From contig NW_024704742.1 in the NCBI RefSeq assembly GCF_018977255.1, positions 43,898,001 through 43,962,000 on the forward strand: 64,000 nucleotides of DNA, in the 5' to 3' direction. The notes under the pieces are model-generated. The model was not told where the DNA came from and searched no databases. It was given only the letters and a program-made list of their open reading frames with translations. Position 1 is the first letter of the stretch, and each line of letters starts with the position of its first letter. A program made the position numbers and the translations under genes. This DNA comes from Callorhinchus milii (taxonomy: Eukaryota). Shown piece by piece: positions 37,552 to 51,000 of the stretch.

Positions 37552-37877
37552 GGAGTCCTATAACTCAGTGGTTAGAGCACTCGCCTTGAAAGCAAGACAC
37601 CTGGGTTGAATTCCAGGCAGGGCGAAACCTTGGGCAAGTTTCCTTATTAATTACTTACGCCTAATAATAATCCTGCCAAAACAAAAAACAATAATAAAAA
37701 TTGGTCATTTTCAATCCACGACTGTTTGTGGGACACTGCTGTGCGCAATTGGCTGCCGTGTTTCTCCCACAAATATACGGTCAATTCACTTTACAGTATA
37801 TTCTGTGGAGCGCTTTGAGACGTCTAGAAGACGTGAAAAGCGCTATATCAAATGCAAGGATTATTATTATTATTATT
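37552..37877 (+). mobile_element. Full-length tRNA-headed Deu-type SINE with an L2-type tail
   Basis: A-box-like ctcagtggttaga, B-box-like ggttgaattcc, Deu core, 3' stem-loop, (TTA)n. Confidence 0.92.
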
Positions 37878-38337
37878 AAAGCTTTTGAAATAGCTATACC
37901 ATTCTTCTCAAGATATAAATCACTGGTTTCTAAAAAGAAATGTATCTACCAATAATTCAGAGAATGCATTCCACTTGAAACGAAATAATCCACTTGTCAC
38001 AACTTTACAATTGGATCATGTGGTAAATATCATCCAGGAAGGGCACTTTCCAATGCAATTGAAATTCTAATTATTCTTTTTTAGAAACACACAGATTTCC
38101 TCAATTGGTTCTATTTCAGAGTGTGTCGTGAAGAGTTTTTTTTTAATGGAAAATATCTCCTGATCATTCCAGGGATTGCCTTTTTATCCAGTGTTCTTTA
38201 ACAGTTACACCTGGACTGTACCAGGGATCGTTAAGGTCATTTATTTATCAGATATTCATCAGGCTTCGTTGTGTAACATGTGATACTTCGTCATATGCTG
38301 TTAAGAGAAATCAGAGGAGACTTTGCTCAGTGTCTTG

Positions 38338-38345
38338 TATATAAA
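38338..38345 (+). promoter_or_regulatory. SLC34A2: Candidate TATA box of SLC34A2; a non-coding exon 1 probably starts near 38370
   Basis: TATATAAA about 590 bp upstream of the ATG-bearing exon. That exon begins with a splice acceptor, so an upstream exon is required. Confidence 0.55.
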
Positions 38346-38935
38346 TGATGCTGGGAACAGAAAGTGCATCCACACATAGACCCATTGCATCTGTTCCTTT
38401 TGCTCCTTCTTCTTCCACTTTGCAGCAGCAAAGAACCAGTTAAGTGCAGTAGAAGACTTGCAGGGGGAGCAAATCAACAGTCAATCTCTTGTTGGAAATC
38501 ATGTTAGATCTTTGCCGGAGAGCGAGCAACAATTTAGATTTTTAAATGCATACCTTGAAAACGTCTCCTTGCACTTTTTCTCGACTTGTTCCAGAAATTC
38601 AGCTCAGAAATTGAACTTCGTCCGTTGTAGCTGCTGTTTGCCCGCAAAGGGAAGGAGGGAGGGAGGGGGGGAGGTGGGAGGTCGCTCCTGCAATTTAAAT
38701 AGCATTCAAATGCAATTTCTTAAGTACATTTCAGCCGTTACAATGCAGAACTGATGAACGATCCGACCTACCACCCAAAGCCTGGAGCAATGTAGGTTAC
38801 CAGTGCTCCAGGATAGAAATATCCAATCTGCAATCTGAAGCTGATAGGAATTGGCAGTGTTCTTGTGTGTAAAATAACAGGTTTACTTTCTGATTTTTTT
38901 TTTAAAAAACAGCATTATTCATTTTTTTGCAGGTT

Positions 38936-39005
38936 ATGCCACCACGAGCTACATGTGATGTTGCAGAGACCAGTGGGGCTGGGGACAAGTGCCCAGGGGA
39001 AGAAG
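38936..39005 (+). CDS. SLC34A2: SLC34A2 coding exon 1 (exon starts 38933)
   Basis: ttttttgcag|GTTATGCCA...GAAG|gtcagt; [23 protein letters not shown]; poorly conserved N-terminus, but the phase fits the next exon. Confidence 0.78.
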
Positions 39006-42000
39006 GTCAGTCAAATGCACCAGTGGATCACTGGCTGATCTCTCGTTATTTCACTGGCTGATCTGTTATCTCTGCTTTGCCTGGTGTCTCTCATAACATG
39101 TTTGCCCTCGTCTCGATTTTCTTTTTATTTGACAGGGAATAAGTAAAACTAATAAAAATAATCCTTGCATTTAACGCAGCCCCTTGTCTCATTGTTGAGA
39201 CGTCTCAAAGGGCATCACAGGATATACTGGAAAGTGGATTGATTGTGCATTTGATGATTGGGATTTAACTGTTAAATTGAGTGTTTGCGAACAAGTCAAA
39301 CAAATGGAATGACTGACTTTTAATCTCTTAGGGAGCAGTGAGAGCTCTGCTGATGACCCAGGTATGCTCGCTGTTTGTTCCACCATGGACCTCATGGAAG
39401 AGACAGCAGATGATCCTTGGAATCTCCCCACTCTCGAGAACACGGGCATCAAGTGGTCAGGTATTTATTTGCTGAGCTTCCACCAAATCGTACACCTTAC
39501 ATCCGTCTCGTTAGAATGGCAAAGGGAGAGGCAACTGGGTCTGACCTACTCTTCTTAACTCACTGATGACAGAAATGGATAATAAAGCAAAGGTCCTCAC
39601 TGTGGTGAAGAATACTGCGAAAATATTATTACTTCTGGGATTTCTCTACTTGTTCGTTTGCTCTCTGGACATCCTGAGCTCGGCGTTCCAGCTTGTCGGA
39701 GGTAAGGCATTTGGCTTTGAATAATAATATTTGCATCTCAAAGTGCTTCACAGAATACATTGTAAAGAGGATTGCCTGTGTATTTTGTGGGTGAAACACG
39801 GCAGCCAATTGCGTACAGCAACAGTTGTAGATTTTACTCAAACTGCACAAAATTTAATGTGATTTGGGGGAAGCAGGTATGTGGGAGATTGCCTTAGATG
39901 GTGGAAATCAAGCAAACTGTGCTCTCTGTTCTGCAGGAAAAGCCGCTGGGGATATCTTTAAAGAGAGTGAGGTGCTAGGAAACCCGGTGGCTGGGCTGGT
40001 GATCGGAATCCTGGTTACAGTTCTGGTCCAAAGCTCCAGCACCTCATCTTCTATCATTGTCAGTATGGTGTCATCTGGGTGTAAGTAACAGCAGTGCTAA
40101 TACTACTAATCCTTGCATTTGATATAGTGCCTTTCATGTCATCGAGATATGTCAAAGTGCTTCACAAGCTAAACTAAAAGTGGATAGACTGTGTATTTTG
40201 TGAGCAAAATGATCAGAATAAAACAGTGATTAGTGATCAAAATAAGGCAAACCTTCAACCTTCTTTTGTACATTTTTTAAGGGGGTGACAGGGGGGACGA
40301 TTATGGTGTTTATTGCTCTCCTAACTTTTTTTTAACATCTTCTGTTGTTTATGTTCAGTATTAGATGTAAAGATGGCCATTCCTGTGATAATGGGAACAA
40401 ATATCGGGACCTCTGTCACCAACACCATTGTAGCACTGATGCAGGCGGGAGATAGGAATGAATTCAGAAGGTAAATAAAAAATAAAGACCCAGATCTTTG
40501 TTCAGTTCTGGCTTCTACATACACTTAACATCTGCAATAACAGTTGGGAACAGACTAAGTACATTTGTTGGAAGGAGCCCAGAGGTTTGACAGGCTACTA
40601 CCTGTTTGACAGGCTACTGTTCTTTGGTTAAATGAAACCAATCTTCAACAAAATTATGTTTGGGCAAACTAGCTTTTTTAGTGGTGATAGTGGGTGTGAG
40701 GGGTGAATGCAGGTGCAGATGGTATTAACAGTTTTATAGATGGATATTACTCAGTTGGAAGCTCACAGGGAGTTCCTGGTACCTGCCCTCACCAAATGAG
40801 AGCTCAAACCTGTGCTTGTCAGATGTCAAATGATCAACTAGTGACTATCCTCCTTGGGGAGGAGATAAGTGAGGTCAGGTGAGGTGACATGCTTAGTAAT
40901 CGAATCAGCCCTCTGTAATCTGGCTTCTGAGCTAGATGAGTCCATAGTCCTCCAGGGCTTTTTCCGTTAGAACTCTGATTCACAGGTTTACTGTACTATA
41001 TTGGCTATACTGTACCTCCAAGATTTTATCAATAGGATGGTCAACAATCATCAATAGACTGTAACTTGGGGTCTAAAATTAGAAATAAAAATGAATTATC
41101 CTGATGTGTATGACATTCTCCCCCACCTTCCTGACTCACACGCACACACACACACACATCCGGGAAGCTGGGTTGCACATTTGACTTCCACCTACTGGCT
41201 GACAACTCTTGAGATATTTGTTCAGTAAAAGCCACCATCCAGTCACTGGCAGTTGGAATCAACATTGGAAACAGTGTTCTGTTTCCCACACATCAAGATA
41301 AATCATAATCAATAACAGTGCCAACAATTTTATATTTATGTAACTCCTTTCATGTCATAAGGATGTCCCAAGGTGCTGTACCCAAGCAAGTAGGATTTAA
41401 ATTTAGAAATTCTGAAGGATTTTTAAAATTTAAATCCTAAATTAAACCCACTGCCACCATTCCTTGAATTACTTTAGTCCTGCCTGCCTTTGACTGACAT
41501 ATCTCCTCTGAGACAGTTCAACTTTAGGAAGACCCCTCACCCTCAAGGAGTACTGAAAGAAGTGAGATTTTTAACCATATTATCTATACTAATAAAGACA
41601 AAATGTCTGTATGTCTGTCCGCCAATACGTAATAACCGACTGACGTAAAGACATGATTTATACCTCATCGGAAAGGTCTTGCGAGGGGGTGTGTCATGGG
41701 TATACTGTTTTGGGGGGGATCTACTATCATTGATGAGCTATGACCTAAACAAGCACATCACACATGTTGGCAGTTTTGCTTAAGGTGTCCACACAGTGTT
41801 TATGACATGTTAAATAGTTTGTGAGTGGTATCACTGAAATCTACATTCCATATTGGATTATTTGGTTGCAAGCGTAGCTGCAGCGGGTACAGCTAGTCAT
41901 ATATAATTAGAATTATGAATGTAGATAATGGTGTTTATTTCCTTCCTAGGGCATTTGCAGGTGCGACTGTGCATGATTTCTTTAACTTCCTCTCTGTGCT

Positions 42001-45000
42001 TATCCTATTACCAATTGAAGCAGCCTCTCATTACCTCTTCCATCTTACGAACATAATTGTGGAAAGCTTTGCACTTGAAAGTGGTGAGGATGCCCCAGCT
42101 CTTCTAAAGGTCATAACCGAACCCCTTACAAAGCTTATTATAGAGGTAAGCAAAATTGTGTACATTATTAAACATTCACTACCAAAGTAATTGCATACTT
42201 GATAAGAGATCATTAAAGATCTCTTTTGCAGTACTAGATTTTGCTTCAGGGGTAAGTTTTGCGTGTTGTCACAACTTTCACTGTATCATTAACCAGGAAA
42301 AGCTACTGTGAAGCAATTAAGTAACATCATTATTCGCCTTATCAGATGTCAAATGACGAATTAGTGATTATGTTCCTTGGGGTGGAGGTAATTGTGGTCT
42401 CCTTGGAGCTGTGGCTTCAAGGTGACATGCTTAGTAATGGAATGTTGTAATCGAGTCACCCTCTGGGGCAATCTCTGTAATCTGGTTCCTGAGCCAGGTT
42501 GGTCCACAGTACTCCAGGGTTTTATTCCATTGGACCTTTGATTCATAGGTTCAAAGACATGGCTGTACCTCCAAAATAGACAAGCGCAAAATATTTCCAA
42601 GTGCTTCACACCGGCAAAGTGTTCTAGGTGGGCAATTATCTAGACTCTAGTTCAAAAAAGCATAGACCAGAGGTGTATTAATTGGTTTGAAGTCAAAGGC
42701 GTTTCACAGCACTGGATTAGGTTATTATGCCTTTTCACAAGAGAAGATGAGTCAAATGAAACTTATGTGGTGGCATTTTATACTGTTGTAAATTAATGAG
42801 ATCAATTTATGTTGTACGATATTTTACAAATAGTTGAAATGGAACTGGCTCCGAATTGCTCTGAGGTTACTGAGGATACAGCCCATTTATTGTGCTGGAT
42901 GGGATCCAAAACATTGTCAACAATTGTGATTAGGTGTCATTTTGGCTGAGACAGAAGGTTGTTAGGTTCAAGTCCCCTTTTGGGAATTTGAATTCCACAA
43001 TCTAGGTTGGCACAGAGAGCAGAGAGCCCAGCAGTGTGAGGAGGGAACTGAGTGAAGTGGAACAGAGTGGGAATTCTGTTAAGGAGTTTGGTGAGAGTGG
43101 CAATTCTTCAGCAAGAGAGAGATCAGAGAGCAAGAGAGAGATCAGAGAGCAAGAGAGAGATCAGAGAGCAAGAGAGAACTCTTTCATTCAACAGAGAAGT
43201 GGGAAATCTATTTTGAGGTAGAGGCAACCTTATATGTAAGCAGGTAAACAAGTCAATTAGCAATGAATCATAGGCCAGGTGATGGGAATTAAAAAATCTC
43301 CTGACTAGTTGAAAGTGGGTGCCTTTATTTGAGTCCTATATAAAGGAGAAGACTTGCGAGAGCCCAATATTGAAATGTTATGATGCTAACGGAGACCTGG
43401 CTCAAACAAGGGCAGGAATGGGAGCTGAATATTCCTGGCTACAATGTATTCAGGATAGGGAAGGAAGAAAAGGAGGGCGGGCTGGCAATATTAATTAAAG
43501 TCACAGTTATGGCCCTGGAAAGGGACGATGTGCTGGAGGGTCCAAAAACAGAATCTATTTGGTTAGAGTTAAGGAGCAAAAAAAAGAGCTGTTACTCTGT
43601 TAGGTGTATACTATAGATCACCAAACGTGGGAAGGAGATAGACGAGCAAATCTGTAAACAGATTTCCGAAAGATGCAAAACCAATAGAGTCGTGATAATG
43701 TGTGCAGGATAACTTTCTGGATCAGTATGTTTATGTATGAATATGTACTAAAAAGGTTGTCAGCGCTCAAGATAGATAAGTCACCTGGTCCAGATGGGAT
43801 GCATCCCAGTTACTGAGGGAAGTAAGGGTGGAAATAACGAAGACCCTGGCCACAATCTTTCAATCCTCCTTGGATGGTGCCAGAGGACTGGAAGGTTGCA
43901 AATGTTACTCCACTGTACAAAAAGGGGCAGAAGGATAAACTCAGGAATACAGGCCAGTCAGCCTAACGTCAGTAGTGAGAAAACCTCTAGAGACTATAAT
44001 CCGTGACAAAATAAATTTTCACTTAGAAAAATATGGGTTAATAAAGGACAGTCAACATGGATTTGTTAAAGGCAAATCATGTCTAACAAACCTGATAGAA
44101 TTTTTTGATGAAGTAATGGAGAGGGTGGATGAAGTTAGTGCAATTGATATAGCTTATATGGATTTTCAAAAGGCATTTTATAGAGTGCCACTCTAAGAGA
44201 CTTGTAAGCAAAATAAAAGTCCACCGTATTAAAGGGATAGTGACAGCATGGATACAGAACTGGCTGGGAGACAGAAAGCAGGGGGTAATGATGTTTTTTC
44301 TAACTAGAGGGAAGTGGGCAGTGGTGTTCCCCAGGGGTCAGTATTGGGGCGACTGCTGTTTTTGAGTAATATCACTGAAATCTACATTCCATATTGAATG
44401 CTTTGGTTGGAAGCATAGCTGCAACCGGTACAATTTGTCATATATATCACATATCCAATATGTGATACTAATAATTCCTGCTCTCAAACTACCGCCCCAT
44501 CTCCAACTTCCCTTTCCTCTTCAAGGTCCTGGAATGAATCGTGCTTTCCAGGTTCGCTCCTTCCTCTCCCACCATTCCCTTCAAAACCCCTCCAATCGGG
44601 TTTCTGTGCTGTCCACAGCAAAGAAACAGCCCTGGTCAAAGTGACAAATGACATTTTATCCATCTGCGACCAGGGCTCCCTCTACCTCCTCATTCTCCTT
44701 GACCTCTATGTTGCCTTCAATACCATTGACGACTCTATCCTCATCCACCGCCTCTCCTCTCACCTCAACCTTCACGGTTCTGTCCTTGAATGGTTCAGAT
44801 CGTACCTCTCATACTGCCTCCACTTCATCTCCACAAACGGTTTCTCCTCTCACCCTCGTACCGTCTCATGTGGCATTCCTCAGGACTCTGTCCTTGGTCC
44901 CCTCCTCTTCATCATCTATATGCTCCCACTTGGTGACATCATCTGCAGACATGGGGTCAATTTCCACATGTATGTGGATGACACCCAACTGTACCTCTCT

Positions 45001-48000
45001 GCCTCCACTCTTGACTCCAGAACCACTGCTGTCCTGAATGAGAGCTAACTTTCTTCATTTGAACATCAACAAGACCAAGGGTCTCCTGATTGGCTTCCGT
45101 CAGCACCTCCTCACCTCAGGTGCTGACAGCATCACCATCCACTCCACCTTACTAAGCCAGTCCGGAACCTTGGCATCTTGTTTGACCCTCAACTATCCTT
45201 TCTACCCCATATCCATGCCACAACCTGCTCTGCCATCCCCCACCTCCGCAACATCGCCCGGCTCCGCCACTGTCTCACACCATAGGCCACTGAAACCCTC
45301 ATACATGCATTTGTTACATCCAGAACTCTGCAGCCCGTGTCCTCTCCTGCACCAGTCTCCATGACCCTATCACCCACATCCTTGCCCGACTCCACTGGGT
45401 TCCCATTACACAGAGGATGCAGTTCAAGCTCCTGGTCCTCACCTTCAAAGCCCTCCATGGCCTTGCTCCCCTCTACCTCTTCGACCTCCTAACCCCCTAC
45501 CATCCTGCTCGCTCCCTCTGCTCAGTGGCTCTGGCCTGCTTCACATCCCACACTCGCCCGCTCCACCATTGGCGGGCTGGCCTTCTGCCACTCTGCCCCT
45601 ACCCTCTGGAACTCCATCCCATTCTCCCTCCACTTCGTCCCTCCCTTGCCTCCTTCAAGACCCATCTCAAGACACTCCTCTTCAACCATGCTTTTGATCT
45701 CCCTGATTCCCCTCCTGCCCTCCACCCTCCCCAAACCCGACCCCCAGCTCAGGTCCGAAATACTGACTGTCCAGCGCCTTGGGACGCCCTCCTGACGTGA
45801 AAGGCGCTTTACAAATAAGACCATAAGATGTAGGAGCAGGAGTAGGCAATTCAGCCCCTCGAGCCTGCCCTGAGATTTAATAAATCATGGCTAATCTTTT
45901 AACTTAATTCCATTTTTTTTCAGACTTTGTTGATTTCAGATTTGCAATTCTCTACTCTTGAATTTCACAATCTGATACTCGCAAACGAGAAGTTTAAATG
46001 AATGTGGTGGATCTGCTTTGTGATACTGTAAATTAGATCCAATTTTGACTGAAAAAGCACGAAGGCCAGCACATCATAGGCAAAGGGAGGCACAGTATCT
46101 TATCCTGTTGTCTTTGATGCTTTTGTCAACAGAGGCTGGAAGAAGATCATCTTGAGATATGGGGATAAACTTCCTAATTATAATGCAGTCCCATCACAGA
46201 AGTCCCAGTCATCACAGAGATGTCTAGTTGTGAATGCTGTATTTCAAACTCAATGAAAAAAGTACAGTGCTTCTATTTGGATTGTAAGATTGAAGTGGTA
46301 ACCAGTGTATTTCATTTCAGCTGGACAAAAGTGTCATAAGTGACATAGCAACAGGAGACCCAGCTGCTGTAAACAAAAGTCTTGTTAAAATTTGGTGTAA
46401 GACTGAGACAATCGTGGTAAGTTAACTTATCCTAAGATATAGATGATTGTTTGTTCCCCATCCTATATCTGCATTGTTCTCCATCTCCTTCATGCTCTTC
46501 CCATAATTTCTGCTCTTCTGACTCTGCTCTACAACTTCTTCTCACTCCGTCTACCCATCGTTGCTTCAGGGACTATATTATTATTTTATGGAGCTCTTGC
46601 CAGATTTTGTTTATGCCTTGCACTTTCTCTCCCTGCTTTTAAAATTCTCTTATAATATTTAGATTAATTATTTTTTAATCTCTTGAATTAATCCCTTAGT
46701 TAACACGCTCAGTCCCTTTCCTTTCCTCATCTGTTTGGTCACAGCACTTCATCATTATGAAGTGTTTTGACCCTTTTACTTCTTGAATGGCGCTATATTA
46801 AGTACAAGTTGTTATCGTAATGACCTTGAAGCTTGCTCATCTAGTCCAGTTGAATAGCTTTAGTGACATGTCCTGTACACATGTAGAGTAAGGAACATTG
46901 GTTTCAATATGGCACCAGGAAATACTCAAAATCCACGAGCAGGATGGGGAAACAGAGAAACAGAGTAAAGTAACAGATGGAAAAGAATAGACAAGAAAGT
47001 CACTGACTTCATGTGATGCAGTATATGTTTTATCTTACAGACAGAGAGTAATGTGACTGTGCCCAGTGAAGCCAATTGCACATCACTTGAATGGTGCTGG
47101 AGTGATGGCAATACCACTTGGACTCTGAAAAATATAACAGAGACATTGAATCTTGAAAAATGTAAGTTTATGCATAACTGGTACTTAGCAACTTTCATGC
47201 AGGATAATGTCTTACAGTGCTTTACAAAGATGATGTAGATCACCGAGTAAGGAGGGTTGGGGATTGGTTTTGAGAATACTAGCTGAAGACATGGTCAAAG
47301 AAAGAGATTTTTAAATAAGGAAGAAAGAGAAGGCTCGGCAAAACATTTTGGGAAAGATTTTCAGAGAATGAGGACATCAATGATGGAATGGATGGCATGA
47401 CAAATGAATCGTCTTGGCTGAGATTACAGATATTGGGTGGGGCAAAACCACTAAGGTGTTTGAGTGTCAGGAGGAAGATGTTGATATGATGAGCAACAGG
47501 AAGTCAATGGAGATTGTCTGAGATGGGAGTAATGTGCAGGAGGGAAAGTTCATATGATCTGGTGATTTTGTAGGCTTGACACAGGGAAGTAAATGAGGAT
47601 AATGTCAAATACCTTGATAATGACTATCTTAGGTCACAAATAAAGAATGTCTTTTCTCAAGAGATACAAAAGAATGCCAGTGACAGATATACATTTTGCA
47701 TAGGTTAGTGTCTTGAGAAGAGTAGGAGTAAAATGGCTCTTTTACACACAGGGTGAATCAAACAGTCGTGATACCATTACAATGTCAAATATGTCTTAAA
47801 ATATATTATGATTTTTTTTAGATAATAGGGTAGATATCATGACTTTTTAGTTACCCTGTATATATGGATATAATTAAAATATTGCTAATATTTATGGATT
47901 AAAATATAATAGGCCCCAAAAATTAAAATTGTAATTTTATAATTGTCATTTATTTTTTAACATTTAATTCATCTTCACTGTATTTTTTTTAAAAAGTACA

Positions 48001-51000
48001 TTTAAAAACAAGGTGCAATACTGTGTAAGAATGACATGGTGTTTACCAATTATGTTATGAAATATTAAAACTGCAGTGTTAAAGTTTAATGGTGTTACCA
48101 TATATTATCTTAGCTGCTTTGCCATATTTGGAGCATGAGAATGCTGCATAGTTGTAAGATGATTTTGTTTTCTGTTTCCTTTCCTTTTTTTAGGTACTCA
48201 TGCATTCACATATGCAAACATATCCGATTTAGGCATTGGCCTCATTCTCCTTGCAGGATCCTTGCTTATCTTGTGCACTTGTTTGATACTTATTGTCAAG
48301 CTTCTTAGCTCTATGTTGAAAGGTCAAGTTGCCACAGTTATCAAAAAATTTATCAACACCGGTGAGTGGAAATACAAATTTTATGTCATGAGTGTGAAAA
48401 TAATTCCTTCAAAAAAAATTGGTCACTTCAATCCACGACTGTTTGTGGGACACTGCTGTGCGCACTTGGCTGCCGCGTTTCGCCCACAAAATATAGTCAA
48501 TTCACTTTACAGTATATTCTGTGAAGCGCTTTGAGACTTCTCAAGGACATGATAAGGCATTAAGGGATGCTAACCATAATTCTTTTTGGGCTGTTTCCTT
48601 ATACATCATTTCACCAAGAATTATTACTAGAACAAAGGAAGCCTCTACTTTAATTTCAGGCGGTTAACTTGGAACAGGCTCTAGAGCTACTATCTAGAGC
48701 TACCAACAGAGTCAAGAGGTACTGTTTGGAGAAATGGGGGCATGAGCAGGAGAATGGGACTGGATGTTGCTGTTTCCAATTCAAAAACCTTGCTGTAGGA
48801 ATATGTACGCGCTGTGCAATCTGTTAGGATTCAGTCTGTTTACTATGATGCATAATGTTATTTTGTGATATACTTGTCATTTAACTGTCTTTTAGAAATG
48901 TGGACCTGGCAGATTTTGAACAACTAAAAGAAGCTGACTTTACTTTTAAATCATTCTTTTGCAGATCTGAAATACCCATTTGGGTGGTTAATAGGATATT
49001 TGGCCATACTGATTGGTGCTGGGATGACTTTCATTGTGCAAAGCAGTTCCATTTTTACCTCAGCCCTTACTCCACTAGTGGGTAAGTTTTAAGGAATGTA
49101 GTTCTTTAGTACACGGTATGGTAAATGTTATGCATGGTAAATATTATTTTACTAACACATTAAATTTACATTATAATTTTTCTGACAGGCCTTGGTGTTA
49201 TAAGTATTGAGCGATTCTATCCTCTTACATTGGGTTCCAACCTCGGTACTACCACCACTGCAATATTAGCAGCTCTCGCCAGTCCAGGAGAAACATTAGC
49301 CAACTCTCTGCAGGTTAGCAATGAAATAGGTCCAATGGTTAAATGTCGTGTGTCTTATTTCTTACATATCTCTCAGGTTAAATTATATGTATTTGAGGAC
49401 AAATGCACTTTTGTGCAAATATGTAGTTTTCATATTTTTCCCCACAAAATACACAGTCAAACCACTTTACAATATATTCTGTGAAGCACTTTGAGACATG
49501 ATGTGATAAGGGGCTATATCAAATGCAAGGATTATAATGCATAATATAATGCAATATAATACTTGTAGGGCAACTTAGAAGGTTATGCTAGAAAGCTTAG
49601 TTGAGGAAGGGCAGGAGGAGGCTCATGTGGAGCATAAACACCGGCATAAACCATAGAATGATCTGTTTCTGTGCTGTATATTCTATTGTCTTCCTATTGC
49701 AAAGTATTATTCAGTTAGGACCAATATACTATTACTACCAATTTAAAGTGGAAGATACTTTTGTTCTCCTCTTAAATGACTTGATGCCGTGATGGTAGGA
49801 TGGTGTGTCTTGTGGAAATATGAGATGAGAATGGACCAAATTAATTTTGTGATCTTGTTATCTTACTTCTCCTCTGGCTCAAGATGTGAAATGGTCTTAC
49901 AGTTTGCTCCAGCACTTCACTTAAATAACCATGCTTCACAAGAGGATAATTAGGAATTGGTGGGTTGGTTGGCTATTGGGACTATCAGAGTTTGAGTGCG
50001 ATTGTATTTTCATGCAGTGTCTATGTAAGCCAACTGTGAAATAACCAAATAAAGATCAACGTTTGTAATATAGAACAAGAGAGAAAGAAGGGGAGGTTGA
50101 ATAGTATAGTACACTGGCCAATATCTGACCCCAAGAATGGTGCTGAACTAACCTGTGCTACTGTAGGTATTAACCTAAACATATTGCTAATTGTGCCACA
50201 CAAAAAAAAATATTATAAAATAAAATCAAAATTATAATTTTAAAATCACTATAAAAATCATATTTAAAAATCAATCCCACGTTGGAATTCTGTGGCATAT
50301 TGGTTAGAGCAAGTGAGAGGACCTGGGTTTGAATCCCTGGCAGGACGAAACCTGAGGCAAGTTTCCTTACTCCACACTCTGTTTACCTAGTGGTAAGTAG
50401 GAACCTGGTTGTTAGTCAATTGGCAGGTTGCTTTTCCAGGAGTAATAATCCCTTCAAAAAAAATATAAAAAATAATAATTTGGTCACTCGATCCACGCGT
50501 GTTTGTGGGACACTGCTGCGCGCAATTGGCTGCCGCATTTTGTCCATAAATTTCGTCCATAATGTGATTGTCAATTCACATTACAGCGTATTCTGTGAAG
50601 CATTTTGAGAGGATTATTATTATTATTATAATGTTAGAATGCAACGATTATTATTATTATTATAAGAAGCTCTGTATAAATGAAATCTTGTTGTGGTTGT
50701 ATGCTATTGATATAATTGATATAATTTTTTTTTATTTTGTAGATTGCTCTGTGCCATTTCTTTTTCAATATCTCTGGAATTCTCATTTGGTACCCGATAC
50801 CATTCACACGTATACCAATCCGTCTTGCTAAAGGATTGGGAACCTACACTGCCAATTACAGATGGTTTGCAGTTATCTACCTTATTATTTGCTTTTTTTT
50901 GCTTCCACTGCTGGTGTTTGGGTTATCAGTTGCTGGTTGGCAAGTTCTGGTTGGAGTGGGCATTCCTGTCATATTGCTAATAATCATTGTAATTATCGTC

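Noticed and set aside
37552..37625. tRNA-like sequence (also 28195-28265 and 50283-50345)
   Set aside because: Heads of tRNA-derived SINEs, continuous with the SINE body; not tRNA genes.
11000..38000. A second, tandem SLC34A2 copy or pseudogene in the intergenic region
   Set aside because: I saw no SLC34-like peptide motifs by eye; a tBLASTn search would be needed to exclude very decayed exons.
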